DNA of 64,000 nt from Chloroflexota bacterium (lineage in GTDB: Bacteria > Chloroflexota > Anaerolineae > Aggregatilineales > Phototrophicaceae), in assembly GCA_016223085.1 (NCBI GenBank), contig JACRPS010000014.1, positions 73,269 to 137,268 of the forward strand, in the 5' to 3' direction. A program made the translations under genes and the position numbers. The notes beneath the pieces were generated by a model. That model was given only the letters and a program-made list of their open reading frames with translations. It had not been told where the DNA came from and ran no database searches. This document shows positions 9,657 to 18,952 of the stretch, piece by piece. The number at the start of each line of letters is the position of its first letter. The first letter of the stretch is position 1.

Positions 9657-10709
9657 CTAACGACTGACGGTGATGATCCCGTCGCCGGGTTCGACCACGC
9701 CAATGAGGCTCGCGCTATCGCCAGTCTGCTCAAGCTGCTGCATCAGCGCCGTGACGTTTTCCGGCGGAACGGCCATCAGCAGGCCGCCCGACGTTTGCGG
9801 GTCAAACAGCAGGCTCTGTTCATACTCGGCAAAACTGTCGTCAAACCGCACCCACTGCTCAAAATAATCGCGGTTGCGCCGCATACCGCCGGGGAAGCTG
9901 TCCTGCTGGCCGTACTGGCGCGCGCCGGGCAGCCAGCGCAGCGCGTTATACTCAATACGAAAGTTCACCCCACCCAGGTGTGCCATTTCGTGGCCGTGCC
10001 CCAGCAGACTGTAGCCGGTGATGTCGGTCATCGCCCGCACACCGAACTGCTGCGCCAGCCGGGCAGCGTCGCGGTTCAGGCGGCTCATGCTGGCGACGGC
10101 GGCGTGGATGTGCTCTGGCTCGGCCAGGCCGTTTTTGAGCGCCGTCGTTATCACCCCCGTACCCAGCGGCTTGGTCAATACCAGTCGGTCGCCGGGCTGC
10201 GCCCCGCCTTTGGTGATGATGCGGTCGGGGTGGACCAGGCCGGTGACAGCCAGACCGTACTTCGGTTCTTTGTCGGTCACAGTGTGCCCGCCGGCAATCG
10301 CCGCGCCGGCCTCGCGCACCTTTTCCGCGCCGCCGCGCAGGATTTCGGCCAGCATTCCCATGCCGTAGCCGTCCGGGTAGGCGACCAGATTGACAGCAAA
10401 AATCGGTTCGCCGCCCATCGCGTAAATATCACTCAGCGCGTTGGCCGCCGCAATTGCGCCAAAATCGTAGGCGTCATCCACGACCGGCGGGAAAAAGTCT
10501 ACCGTTGAGATAATCGCCTGGTCGGCATCCAGGCGATAGACAGCCGAATCGTCGGGCGCGCCCAGCCCCACGACCAGTGCCGGATAATCTTCGGTTGGAA
10601 ACAGCCCTGTCAGCGGTCGCAAAACTTGCGCCAGGTCCCCCGGACCGAGTTTTGACGCTCAACCCGCGCAGGCTGCCAGCGATGTGAGTTTAACGGTAGT
10701 GTTATCCAT
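9657..10709 (-). CDS. selD: Selenide, water dikinase (selenophosphate synthetase) containing selenocysteine at codon 17
   Basis: ATG 10709 gives MDNTTVKLTSLAACAG-UGA(10659-10661)-ASKLGPGDLAQVL, continuing in frame into the 9657..10622 ORF with DDSAVY, TVDFFPPVVDD, DITGYSLLGH and DPQTSGGLL motifs. Confidence 0.95.
10620..10654 (-). promoter_or_regulatory. Putative bacterial SECIS element in selD
   Basis: Starts 4 nt after the UGA: CAAAACT/AGTTTTG lower stem, GGTCC/GGACC upper stem, G-rich apical loop. Confidence 0.75.
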
Positions 10710-10821
10710 GGTCTTCCATCAGTTGCTGCAATCTGCCCTGAGTATAAATTTAGTCCCCATAACAGGCAACCACCAATTCCTAGCCAGTCGGGGGAGCGGC
10801 GAATTGTGAGGATATACCTCT

Positions 10822-10847
10822 GTAGGGACGAGATACCTTGTCCCTAC
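10822..10847. repeat. GTAG-type REP-like palindrome, copy 3
   Basis: GTAGGGACGAG-ATAC-CTTGTCCCTAC with one G:U pair. Confidence 0.8.
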
Positions 10848-10887
10848 ATGGCCGTGCTTTTCTCCGCGTTGCAAACCGGGTTCGGCC

Positions 10888-10916
10888 TTGCGGCTGGCCC
10901 GGCGGTCAGCTATACT
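10888..10916 (+). promoter_or_regulatory. Promoter of tRNA-Pro
   Basis: TTGCGG-N17-TATACT, 11 nt before the tRNA 5' end. Confidence 0.55.
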
Positions 10917-10927
10917 ACAACTCTGTA

Positions 10928-11001
10928 CGGGGTGTGGCGCAGCCTGGTAGCGCGCTTGCATGGGGTGCAAGAGGTCCCGGGTTCGAGTCCCGGCACCCCG
11001 A
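10928..11001 (+). tRNA. tRNA-Pro, anticodon GGG (CCA not encoded)
   Basis: CGGGGTG/CACCCCG acceptor stem, D arm GCGCAGCCTGGTAGCGC, anticodon arm CTTGC-ATGGGGT-GCAAG, T arm CCGGG-TTCGAGT-CCCGG. Confidence 0.97.
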
Positions 11002-11006
11002 TCATT

Positions 11007-11054
11007 AAGCCTTCTGTTTGTGGAAAATAACACAAATGAGAAGGCTTTTTTATT
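11007..11054 (+). terminator. Intrinsic terminator after tRNA-Pro
   Basis: AAGCCTTCT...AGAAGGCTT with inner GTTTGTG/CACAAAT pairing, followed by TTTTATT. Confidence 0.7.
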
Positions 11055-11243
11055 GCTATTTATTTTCAGACTGGTTAAACTTGGTGCGTGGCAAAATTGC
11101 CACACCTTCATTTGAACCTTCGCCGCGGCGTGTGAGTAGGGTAGTTAACAACGCGCGGAGAAGGTTCGCGCAGTTTCCCATGACGGAGCGTGTGCCGTCG
11201 GGAAGCAGGCAGAGTGTTTCACTATAGTTATAAGGAGTAAAGC

Positions 11244-12977
11244 ATGAAGAATATGGGCAAGTTTTTACTGATTGGGATGGCGCTGCTGCTTGTCACGGCG
11301 CTGGTGATCCCCACCTTGGCGCAGGATAAACCCGCGCCGGGTGAGGGCGGGGTCATCATTGAAGGCAACTTCGGCGGCGACCCGGCATCGTTCAGCCCGA
11401 TCACCGGCAGTGACACGGCCTCGGCCCGTATTTCCGGTTTCCTCTATCCCGGTTTCATTGGCGTAGACCCTGCGACCGCCTTGTTCGAAAAGGGGCGTCC
11501 CGATGCGCTGGCAGAGGACTGGACTGTTTCCGAAGATGGTCTGACCTATACTTTCACCCTGCGCGATGACTGGACCTGGACGGATGGCACGCCCATCACC
11601 AGCGCCGACGTCCTGTACACCTGGAAGGCGGCCCAGGCGGCTGCCGAAGGTGTCGTGGACAGCCCGCTGTCGTTCCTGGTGGACAGCATCGAAAGCGTGG
11701 AAGCGCCCGATCCGACCACCGTCGTCGTGAAGATGAAAAGCCCGGACTGCAACGCGCTCAACTCCATCGGCTCTTTGGCCCCGGTGCCGGCGCACGTGCT
11801 GCCCGAAGACGTGTCGCAGCTTAACGACAGCACCGAGAACCTGAACCCGACTGTGACCGGCGGCGTTTTCAGCTTTAGCGAATTCCGCCCGGCGGAAGCG
11901 GTGAGTCTCGTGGCGAACCAGGAGTACGGTGGCGCGACCAACGGCGAAGTGCTGCCTACCGGCTTCATTTACAAAGTTGTGCCGGACCAGACCGTTCTGG
12001 TTGAGCAGTTCATCGCCGGCGAAACCAACGTGATTGATGGCCCGTCGGTCAACCGCCGCGCCGACCTGAAAGCCGACCCGAACCTCAATATGTACGACTA
12101 CCCCGGCAATGCCTGGGACTACCTGGCGCTCAACCAGGCCGACCCGACCAACCCCCAGAATGGTACGGACGAAAGCGGTAACCCGATTGACCAGGGCAAG
12201 CACCCGCTGTTCGGTGACCAGCGCGTCCGCGAAGCGATTGCCAAGGCCATCAACGTGGACGAAATCATCCAGGGCGCAGTCTTCGGTGAAGGCGAACGGA
12301 TGACCTCGACGTTGATTCCGGCGTCGTGGGCGTACAACGAAGACCTTCCGCCGATTGCTTACGACCCCGAAGCGGCCAAGGCGCTGCTGGATGAGGCCGG
12401 CTGGGTGGACGATGACAATAACCCCGACACGCCGCGCGTTTGCCAGGGCTGCGAGTATGCCGAAGAGGGCACTCCCTTCACCTTCGTGCTGTACACCAAC
12501 GAGGGCAACACTCGTCGTGGCGCGGTTGGCACGATTGTTCAGGATCAACTGAAGCAGGTCGGCATCAACGTGGACTTCCAGGCGATTGACTTCAACACCC
12601 TGCTGGAGATCATGGACGGCCAGACGTTCGACGCCGTCATCCTCGGCTGGCGCAACGGCTACCCGGATGACCCCGATATGACCCAGCTGTTCACGCCGAC
12701 CAGCGATGTGGTTGGCAGCGGCAGCAACTTCACCTCCTACTACAATCCGGAGATGGTTGAACTGAACGCCCAGGCCCGTTCGCTGCCCGGCTGCGACCCG
12801 GCGGAACGCAAGGCGCTGTATGATCAGATTCAGGAGATCATGCAGAAGGACCTGCCCTACATCCCGCTGTTCGCCATCAATGGCATGTACGGCGCCCGTA
12901 ATGAAGTTGAAGGCTTCGGGCCATTCCCAAGCCAGCTCTACTGGAACGTGGACACCTGGTATCTGGCTACTCCGTAA
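11244..12977 (+). CDS. Peptide/nickel ABC transporter substrate-binding protein (family 5)
   Basis: Signal peptide; LAEDWTVSEDGLTYTFTLRDDWTWTDGTPITSADVLYT family 5 signature; RVREAIAKAINVDEI. Confidence 0.92.
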   Translation: MKNMGKFLLIGMALLLVTALVIPTLAQDKPAPGEGGVIIEGNFGGDPASFSPITGSDTASARISGFLYPGFIGVDPATALFEKGRPDALAEDWTVSEDGLTYTFTLRDDWTWTDGTPITSADVLYTWKAAQAAAEGVVDSPLSFLVDSIESVEAPDPTTVVVKMKSPDCNALNSIGSLAPVPAHVLPEDVSQLNDSTENLNPTVTGGVFSFSEFRPAEAVSLVANQEYGGATNGEVLPTGFIYKVVPDQTVLVEQFIAGETNVIDGPSVNRRADLKADPNLNMYDYPGNAWDYLALNQADPTNPQNGTDESGNPIDQGKHPLFGDQRVREAIAKAINVDEIIQGAVFGEGERMTSTLIPASWAYNEDLPPIAYDPEAAKALLDEAGWVDDDNNPDTPRVCQGCEYAEEGTPFTFVLYTNEGNTRRGAVGTIVQDQLKQVGINVDFQAIDFNTLLEIMDGQTFDAVILGWRNGYPDDPDMTQLFTPTSDVVGSGSNFTSYYNPEMVELNAQARSLPGCDPAERKALYDQIQEIMQKDLPYIPLFAINGMYGARNEVEGFGPFPSQLYWNVDTWYLATP

Positions 12978-12997
12978 GCAATAAAACAGGATAGACC

Positions 12998-13025
12998 GTA
13001 GGGGCATGGCATGCCGTGCCCCTAC
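12998..13025. repeat. GTAG-type REP-like palindrome, copy 4
   Basis: GTAGGGGCATGGCATGCCGTGCCCCTAC between the binding-protein and permease genes. Confidence 0.85.
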
Positions 13026-13085
13026 CCACAAATGGGCTTCAGCCCGAAAGACCGTTGGCCTCTGTAATGGGGGCATAAGGAACAG

Positions 13086-14165
13086 ATGATGGTAAAATAC
13101 ACGATTCGCCGCCTCATCCAGGCGATTCCAACCTTTTTTGGTATCACCATATTCGCGTATCTGCTGATGTCCCTGGCGCCGGGCGGTCCGGTTGCGGCGA
13201 TGACGTTTGATCCGCGCATCACACCCCAGGAACGCGCCCGCGTGGCGGCGCGCCTGGGTGTGAACGACCCGCTGCCCGTACAGTATTTACGCTGGCTCGC
13301 CGGGGATGACTGGATGCGCTGGGATGCGGATGGCGACGGTGTTGCCGATCATGCATTTCTGCTGCCCCTGGATGCGGACGGCGATGGCGAACCGGAGCCG
13401 CCCGGCACCCGCTTGGGTATCCTGCGTGGCGATTTTGGCCGTTCGTTCTTTGCCCGGCGTCCCGTGTCGGATATCATCACCGAACGGATTCCGGCAACGC
13501 TGGAACTGGGACTGGCATCCCTGTTTTTTGGCGTGGTCATCGGCGTGCCGATTGGCATTATCGCGGCGGTACGTCGCGGCGGAATGTTTGATAGCGCTAC
13601 CCGCGTGATGGCGGTGCTGTTTAATGCTGTGCCCGTTTTCTGGCTCGGCCTGATTCTCATCCTCATCTTCGGCTCCTGGCTAGGCTGGCTGCCGATGGGT
13701 AGTCGCTGCCCGATGATGGTCACGGGCGGTTGCCCTCCCGTGTACCAGCGGCTTCAATACTTGCTACTTCCCACGTTCGTGCTGGCAACCGGCGGTATCG
13801 CCGGCTACTCGCGCTATATGCGCGCCTCCATGCTGGACGTGATTAATCAGGATTACATTCGTACGGCGAAGGCCAAAGGGCTGTCAGCCCGGCAGGTGTG
13901 GTTCAAACACGGTGCACGCAACGCGCTGATTCCGCTGGCAACGTTCCTCGGCCCGGCCATTACCGGTCTGCTGAGTGGCGCGGCCATTACGGAACGGATC
14001 TTCTCCTGGCCCGGTCTGGGTCGTTTGGCGGTGGATGCCGTGGGGCAGTTGGACTATCCGGTGGTGATGGCCGTTGTGATTCTGTCATCGGTAGCCACCA
14101 TTCTCGGCTACATTCTCTCCGACATTATGTATGCGCTGATTGACCCGCGCATCCGGTTCTCGTAA
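13086..14165 (+). CDS. Peptide ABC transporter permease, OppB/DppB type
   Basis: YTIRRLIQAIPTF start, GDFGRS, DYIRTAKAKGL EAA loop, YALIDPRIR end. Confidence 0.93.
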   Translation: MMVKYTIRRLIQAIPTFFGITIFAYLLMSLAPGGPVAAMTFDPRITPQERARVAARLGVNDPLPVQYLRWLAGDDWMRWDADGDGVADHAFLLPLDADGDGEPEPPGTRLGILRGDFGRSFFARRPVSDIITERIPATLELGLASLFFGVVIGVPIGIIAAVRRGGMFDSATRVMAVLFNAVPVFWLGLILILIFGSWLGWLPMGSRCPMMVTGGCPPVYQRLQYLLLPTFVLATGGIAGYSRYMRASMLDVINQDYIRTAKAKGLSARQVWFKHGARNALIPLATFLGPAITGLLSGAAITERIFSWPGLGRLAVDAVGQLDYPVVMAVVILSSVATILGYILSDIMYALIDPRIRFS

Positions 14166-14179
14166 CGAGGGCAGGCCTT

Positions 14180-15124
14180 ATGGCAGCACAATCCCAAACC
14201 GCCGTTGCAAAAATCTCAACCACCAGCGAACGCGCCGTTGGCGAATCGCTCACCACGCTGGCGCTGCGCCGCCTGCGCCGCGATAAACTGACGCTGGTTG
14301 CCATCAGCATTGTTGTGATCTTGACGATTCTCTCGCTCTCCGCGCCGCTGGTGGAACGGGTCCTCAACGTGAGCTACACGCGCACGTCGGTCACTGAAGC
14401 GTTCCTGCGGATTGGCGCGCCCGGCCACCCGCTGGGCACCGATGACCTGGGGCGTGACCATCTGGCACGGCTGCTGTATGCCGGCCAGATATCCCTGATG
14501 ATCGCTTTCTCGGCGGCGCTCCTGTCGCTGGGGATTGGCCTGTCGCTAGGGGTGGTTACCGGCTACTATGGCGGCATCGTGGACGATTTTATCACCTGGG
14601 TGATTACGACGATCAACTCGATACCGTCGCTGTTCCTGCTGCTGATTGTCTCCGCCGTCATTCTACAGAACCCGAATCTGTCCGGTTCGCCATTGGGCGG
14701 TCCGCTGGCGCTGATTCTCATCCTTGGCCTGCTGGGCTGGACGGGCACCACCCGGCTGGTGCGCGGGCAGACGTTATCCATCCGAGAACAGGAATACGTC
14801 ATCAGCGCGCGCGCGGTCGGCGCCTCGCCGCTGCGAATCATGTTCGTTCACATTCTGCCGAACCTGTTTTCCATCGTGGTCATCACACTGGCGATTGACA
14901 TCGGCGTGCTGATTCTGGTGGAATCGGCGCTCAGTTTCCTGGGTTTTGGCGTGAAGCCACCGACGCCAAGCTGGGGCAACATGCTCACCAACGCGCAGAC
15001 CTTCTTCACGAAGGGTGTTCATCTGGTGATTATCCCCGGCCTGCTGATCGTCATCACCGTGCTGTGCCTGTACATCATCGGCGACGGCGTGCGCGATGCG
15101 TTTGACCCCACGACTGTAGACTAG
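14180..15124 (+). CDS. Peptide ABC transporter permease, OppC/DppC type
   Basis: HPLGTDDLGRD, EYVISARAVGAS, ESALSFLGFG...PSWG, GDGVRDAFDP. Confidence 0.93.
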   Translation: MAAQSQTAVAKISTTSERAVGESLTTLALRRLRRDKLTLVAISIVVILTILSLSAPLVERVLNVSYTRTSVTEAFLRIGAPGHPLGTDDLGRDHLARLLYAGQISLMIAFSAALLSLGIGLSLGVVTGYYGGIVDDFITWVITTINSIPSLFLLLIVSAVILQNPNLSGSPLGGPLALILILGLLGWTGTTRLVRGQTLSIREQEYVISARAVGASPLRIMFVHILPNLFSIVVITLAIDIGVLILVESALSFLGFGVKPPTPSWGNMLTNAQTFFTKGVHLVIIPGLLIVITVLCLYIIGDGVRDAFDPTTVD

Positions 15125-15148
15125 ACTCCTATCTGGTTGAAGCCAATG

Positions 15149-15177
15149 GTAGGGGCGAACCATCGGTTCGCCCCTAT
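15149..15177. repeat. GTAG-type REP-like palindrome, copy 5
   Basis: GTAGGGGCGAACC-ATC-GGTTCGCCCCTAT between convergent genes. Confidence 0.85.
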
Positions 15178-15180
15178 ATG

Positions 15181-15702
15181 TTATCCCGGCGTTACCGTTG
15201 CCAGCGCCTGTTGAAGCTGCGTATCCAGCCGCAGCGTCAGTTCATTCTGGATGGCGATCACCTGTTCAATCTGGTCGTTGGTTTCCGCTACGGTATTCCC
15301 CAGGTCAGTCCGTGCGCCGTTGACGTACTCCTGAAAGGCGGTGATGGCCCGATTCATGGCGTCGCCCAGCAGGATTTCCGAATCAACCGCGCAATCCGGC
15401 GTGACGGCCTGATGCGTTGAATCGCGCAGGGCAGCCATAGTTGATAGCGCCTCGCGTATTTCGCCCTTGCTCCTGCCGGCGGCATCGTTCATCACCTGCA
15501 AAAACTCGCTCGCCAGCCGGGTCGTAATTTGCAGCCACAATTCCAGATCGCGTGTGTTGTCACAACTTCCCCGGAATGTCATTTCCGGTGGTGGCAGCAG
15601 GGTGACCGGCGCGGCGGGCGTAGCTTCACCTGCGTCGCCAAGCGCGCAGGCGGCCAGCAGCGGCAGAACGGCGAGGAGTTTGAGAATTCTCGACATGGAC
15701 AT
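15181..15702 (-). CDS. Putative helical lipoprotein
   Basis: Signal peptide with LAAC lipobox; start overlaps the LCP stop by 1 nt. Confidence 0.7.
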   Translation of the reverse strand: MSMSRILKLLAVLPLLAACALGDAGEATPAAPVTLLPPPEMTFRGSCDNTRDLELWLQITTRLASEFLQVMNDAAGRSKGEIREALSTMAALRDSTHQAVTPDCAVDSEILLGDAMNRAITAFQEYVNGARTDLGNTVAETNDQIEQVIAIQNELTLRLDTQLQQALATVTPG

Positions 15703-17504
15703 TATCCCCCTGTGTTTTCCTCCACCGGCGATACACCGGCTGCCGTGCAGGAACTGTAGCTGCTGCCAACAATCACCCTAAAATCCGCCGTGCGATTTGG
15801 GTCGGGTTCGATGCGGACGTTCTCCGGCTTCACGTTCAGAATCCGGGCGATGTCCTGCAGGCTGCTGCCTTTGGTGCGTCCGGTGTAGTCAATCAGAATT
15901 GTGTCCTTATAGGTGGTGCTATCGGCTGCGCCCGCCGCCAGTGCGGTGAAGCCCTCCCATGCCAGACTTTCCGCTGCCACCCGGTCGAAGTTTGGGCTGT
16001 CCGTGCCGTTAAACACTTCGATGCGCGCGCCCTCCACCAGCACCTGATTGGTGGTAGGCGGCTGGTAAAAGTCGTTCAGCAGTTCGAGGATTGGCTCGTA
16101 ATTGGGCAACTGGACAAACGCGCCATCCGGCGGCTGCCAAGGCGTGGTGTGATACAGCCGCGTCATGGTGAACTGTTCCATCCGGCTGGTATCCAGGTTA
16201 ACTGCTAGCGGCAGCAGGCCGAGTACATCCTCAAAACGGAGATTGGTTTTTACCACCTGGGTCGCCTGTTCCCACAGTTCCGGCGCTTTGGCAAGCAGGC
16301 CACTGTCCTTCGCCTTGCGCCAGACGGCGCGCAGGATTTGCTGCTGGCGGCGGCCCCGGTCAAACTCAATCGCGTTATCGCGCGCACGGGCATACCACAG
16401 GGCGCTGTCGCCGTTCATGTGGTAATAGCCGACTGGCAGCGTATACAGGCCGTCAGCATCCGGCGTGGCTTCCGGCGGCGGTGGTGCTTCGATCAGTTCA
16501 TACGCCTGAATCGCGCAGTCAACGGCGATATCCACGCCGTCCAGTGTGTCAATCATCTGCTTGAAGCCGCTGAGATTGATAAGCGCGTAGTAGTGGACGT
16601 TTAACCCCAGGTTGTACAGCAGTGTTTCACGCAGCAGGCCAAAGCCGCCATCCGTCCAGCCAACCTGCTCACCACGCGCATAGGCGAGATTCAGACGCTG
16701 CATCGTCCAGCCGGGGATGTAGACGTACAGATCGCGCGGCAGACTTAACATGGCGACCGTATTGGTGGTGCGGTTGATCGAAACGACGATCATGGTATCG
16801 GTGCGGTCGAAGTTGTCGCCTGTAAGTTCGCCGTCCGTCCCCAGCAGCAGGATATTCATCAGATCGTAACCGTGCCGGTCAAGGGTCGGTACGGCGGTTG
16901 GAATGGCCGTTGGCGCGGAAGCCGCCACGTCGGGATTGACGGTGCTCATCGGTATCAGCGTCGGCAGCGGGCGGGAGGTAGGCGTCGGGCCGCCTTCCGG
17001 GGTAAACGTGCTGGTCGGCAGCGGTGGGGCAGTCGGCGTAAACGTTGCGGTGGGCGACTGCATGGCTGCCGGCGTGTTGCTGGGTGGCAGCAGCACCGGC
17101 TGGCGCGGGGTATTGGTCGCCAGCACCTGCGCGATGGCAATTGGCGACGGAGTTGCTGTCTGGCTTGGCGTAACCGTCGCGGTTGGAGTATGGGTAGCCG
17201 TCGCGGTGCTGGAGGAAGTCGGCGTGAAGGTAGGCGTAGCCGTCGCGCTGGCAGTCGCCGACGGTGTGTGAGTTGGCGTGCTGGTCGGGGTGTGGGTGAT
17301 GAGCGTCGGCGCGATGGCCGTCGCCGTTTGAGCGTAGGCGGAGCGGCGCTGGTCGGCCTGCACCTGTTCATCCACCCGCTGCACCACCGCCTGAACAGCG
17401 CCGGTGCCAAAAACAATAATTCCCACAATCAGGAAAGCCGGCAGCAGGCGAAAGGCCAGAAAACCACCCAGCCGACGAAAACGCGAAGGTTTCGAAACTG
17501 ACAT
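15702..17504 (-). CDS. LCP (LytR-CpsA-Psr) family protein with Thr/Pro linker and LytR C-terminal domain
   Basis: N-terminal TM helix; NILLLGTD...RTDTMIVVS...LSLPRD...ARAR...GRRQQ; IEVFNGT...A...L C-terminal domain. Confidence 0.9.
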   Translation of the reverse strand: MSVSKPSRFRRLGGFLAFRLLPAFLIVGIIVFGTGAVQAVVQRVDEQVQADQRRSAYAQTATAIAPTLITHTPTSTPTHTPSATASATATPTFTPTSSSTATATHTPTATVTPSQTATPSPIAIAQVLATNTPRQPVLLPPSNTPAAMQSPTATFTPTAPPLPTSTFTPEGGPTPTSRPLPTLIPMSTVNPDVAASAPTAIPTAVPTLDRHGYDLMNILLLGTDGELTGDNFDRTDTMIVVSINRTTNTVAMLSLPRDLYVYIPGWTMQRLNLAYARGEQVGWTDGGFGLLRETLLYNLGLNVHYYALINLSGFKQMIDTLDGVDIAVDCAIQAYELIEAPPPPEATPDADGLYTLPVGYYHMNGDSALWYARARDNAIEFDRGRRQQQILRAVWRKAKDSGLLAKAPELWEQATQVVKTNLRFEDVLGLLPLAVNLDTSRMEQFTMTRLYHTTPWQPPDGAFVQLPNYEPILELLNDFYQPPTTNQVLVEGARIEVFNGTDSPNFDRVAAESLAWEGFTALAAGAADSTTYKDTILIDYTGRTKGSSLQDIARILNVKPENVRIEPDPNRTADFRVIVGSSYSSCTAAGVSPVEENTGG

Positions 17505-17569
17505 GCTAACTCCGTAGTCGCGTTGCAAACGGAGCAAGTGTACCTGATTTCACAAGACCGCGCGAACCC

Positions 17570-18949
17570 TCAGGGGAAAATCACCGGGATAACACAGGGT
17601 GTCAGGTTAACATCGCTGATGACGGTGAGTTTAATCCAGTGCAGCCCACGACCGAAGATGGCCGGGTCTATCGTCGCCAGCAGGCCGTTTTCAACTGGCG
17701 TTTCAGACCGCATCAGGAAGTTAAACACGCTGGCATAATCAGGCCGCACCTCAATCTTGTAATACTCGAAGTTGGTGGCTGAGGCGGTGCCGCGTACAGA
17801 GAACACGCCGTTCATCAACTGGCCTGGGGTCAGATTGGTGATCTGCGTGGTCGGTGAAGTGCAGCCCTCGGCTGCGAGGCCGGAGCCGGGCGTAAGCGGC
17901 GGCAGCGGCTGTGGCGCTAGCGGCTGGCGCGGCACGAGGATGGTCTGCCCCGCGTATATCTGGTTGATGTCCTGCAGGCAGTTGGCGCGCTGCAAGCTAC
18001 GCACGCTGCTGCCCGTGGCGCGGGCGATCATGGAGAGTGTTTCACCGCGTTGGACAGTGTAGGCGAACCAGCCAGCCTGCGGCGTGCAGACCGGATTCAC
18101 CACCGGCGGCATGGCCGTTCGCGTGCCGGTCGGTGTCGGTCGGATGCCGGACGTTTCCGTCGGTCGTGGCGTCCGCGATGGCGTGCTGGTTGGCGTTGGC
18201 GTCCGGGTTGGCGTAGAGGTTGCGGTAAAGGTGGCCGTTGCCGTGAAAGTCGCCGTTGGTGTGCTGGTCGGTCGCGGTGTGCGTGATGGGGTGCTGGTTA
18301 GCGTTGGTGTTCGCGTCGGTACCGGCGTTGGGATAGGTGTAACACTGGGCGGCGGGGTGCTGGTCGCGGTCGCCATGGGGATAGGCGTGGCGCTGGGTGG
18401 CGGGGTGCTCGTGGCTGAAGGCTTTGGTGTGGCGCTCGGCGGCGTGGTGCCGGTCGCCAATGGTACCGGCGTCGTGCTTGGCGCGGGTGTACGCGTAGCG
18501 GTAGTCGTTGGCAAGGGGGTGGCGCTCGGTAGTGCTGTAGGGGTGAGCGTTGGCATCGCCGTTGGTGGCAGCGGCGTGCGGCTGGACGTAGCGGTAGCCG
18601 CTACCAGCGGCGCCGTTGTGGCGGCGCGGGTGGGGGTGGCGGTGGGATTGGTTGGTGTTGCCGTTGGCGGCAGTTCGGTAAACGTGGGCGATGGTGGCAT
18701 ATCGGTTGCGGTCGCCGACGGCGGGATTTCGGTCAGTGTGGGCGAGGGAGAAACGGCTGCCGTTTCCAGCGTGGCGGCGGTTGTTGCCGAGGCGGGTAGG
18801 GTGGTCGGAACGACGGCCTGCTGCGTCAACGGCTGGTCGCCACTGCTTGCGCCAGACAGTGACAGGATGACGGCGAACATAATCACAAATGCCAGCACGC
18901 CGACGGCGACAATGGCGACAATCACTTCGTTTCCGACATCGCGCTGCAT
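17570..18949 (-). CDS. Membrane-anchored LysM protein with a long Thr/Pro stalk and C-terminal Ig-like domain
   Basis: One TM helix, about 240 aa of T/P/A repeats, [29 protein letters not shown]...[10 protein letters not shown] LysM. Confidence 0.85.
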   Translation of the reverse strand: MQRDVGNEVIVAIVAVGVLAFVIMFAVILSLSGASSGDQPLTQQAVVPTTLPASATTAATLETAAVSPSPTLTEIPPSATATDMPPSPTFTELPPTATPTNPTATPTRAATTAPLVAATATSSRTPLPPTAMPTLTPTALPSATPLPTTTATRTPAPSTTPVPLATGTTPPSATPKPSATSTPPPSATPIPMATATSTPPPSVTPIPTPVPTRTPTLTSTPSRTPRPTSTPTATFTATATFTATSTPTRTPTPTSTPSRTPRPTETSGIRPTPTGTRTAMPPVVNPVCTPQAGWFAYTVQRGETLSMIARATGSSVRSLQRANCLQDINQIYAGQTILVPRQPLAPQPLPPLTPGSGLAAEGCTSPTTQITNLTPGQLMNGVFSVRGTASATNFEYYKIEVRPDYASVFNFLMRSETPVENGLLATIDPAIFGRGLHWIKLTVISDVNLTPCVIPVIFP

Positions 18950-18952
18950 GAA

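Noticed and set aside
10659-10661. selD as a pseudogene with a premature stop
   Set aside because: The UGA is exactly at the catalytic Cys/Sec position and is followed by a SECIS-like hairpin.
10928-11243. tRNA-Pro as an island integration site
   Set aside because: No integrase, no duplicated tRNA 3' end and no obvious compositional shift.
11265-13076. 603-aa minus-strand ORF, and similar long antisense ORFs (1557..2528, 57994..59076, 59518..60516)
   Set aside because: Shadow frames opposite well-supported genes; expected in GC-rich DNA with biased codon use; no motifs.
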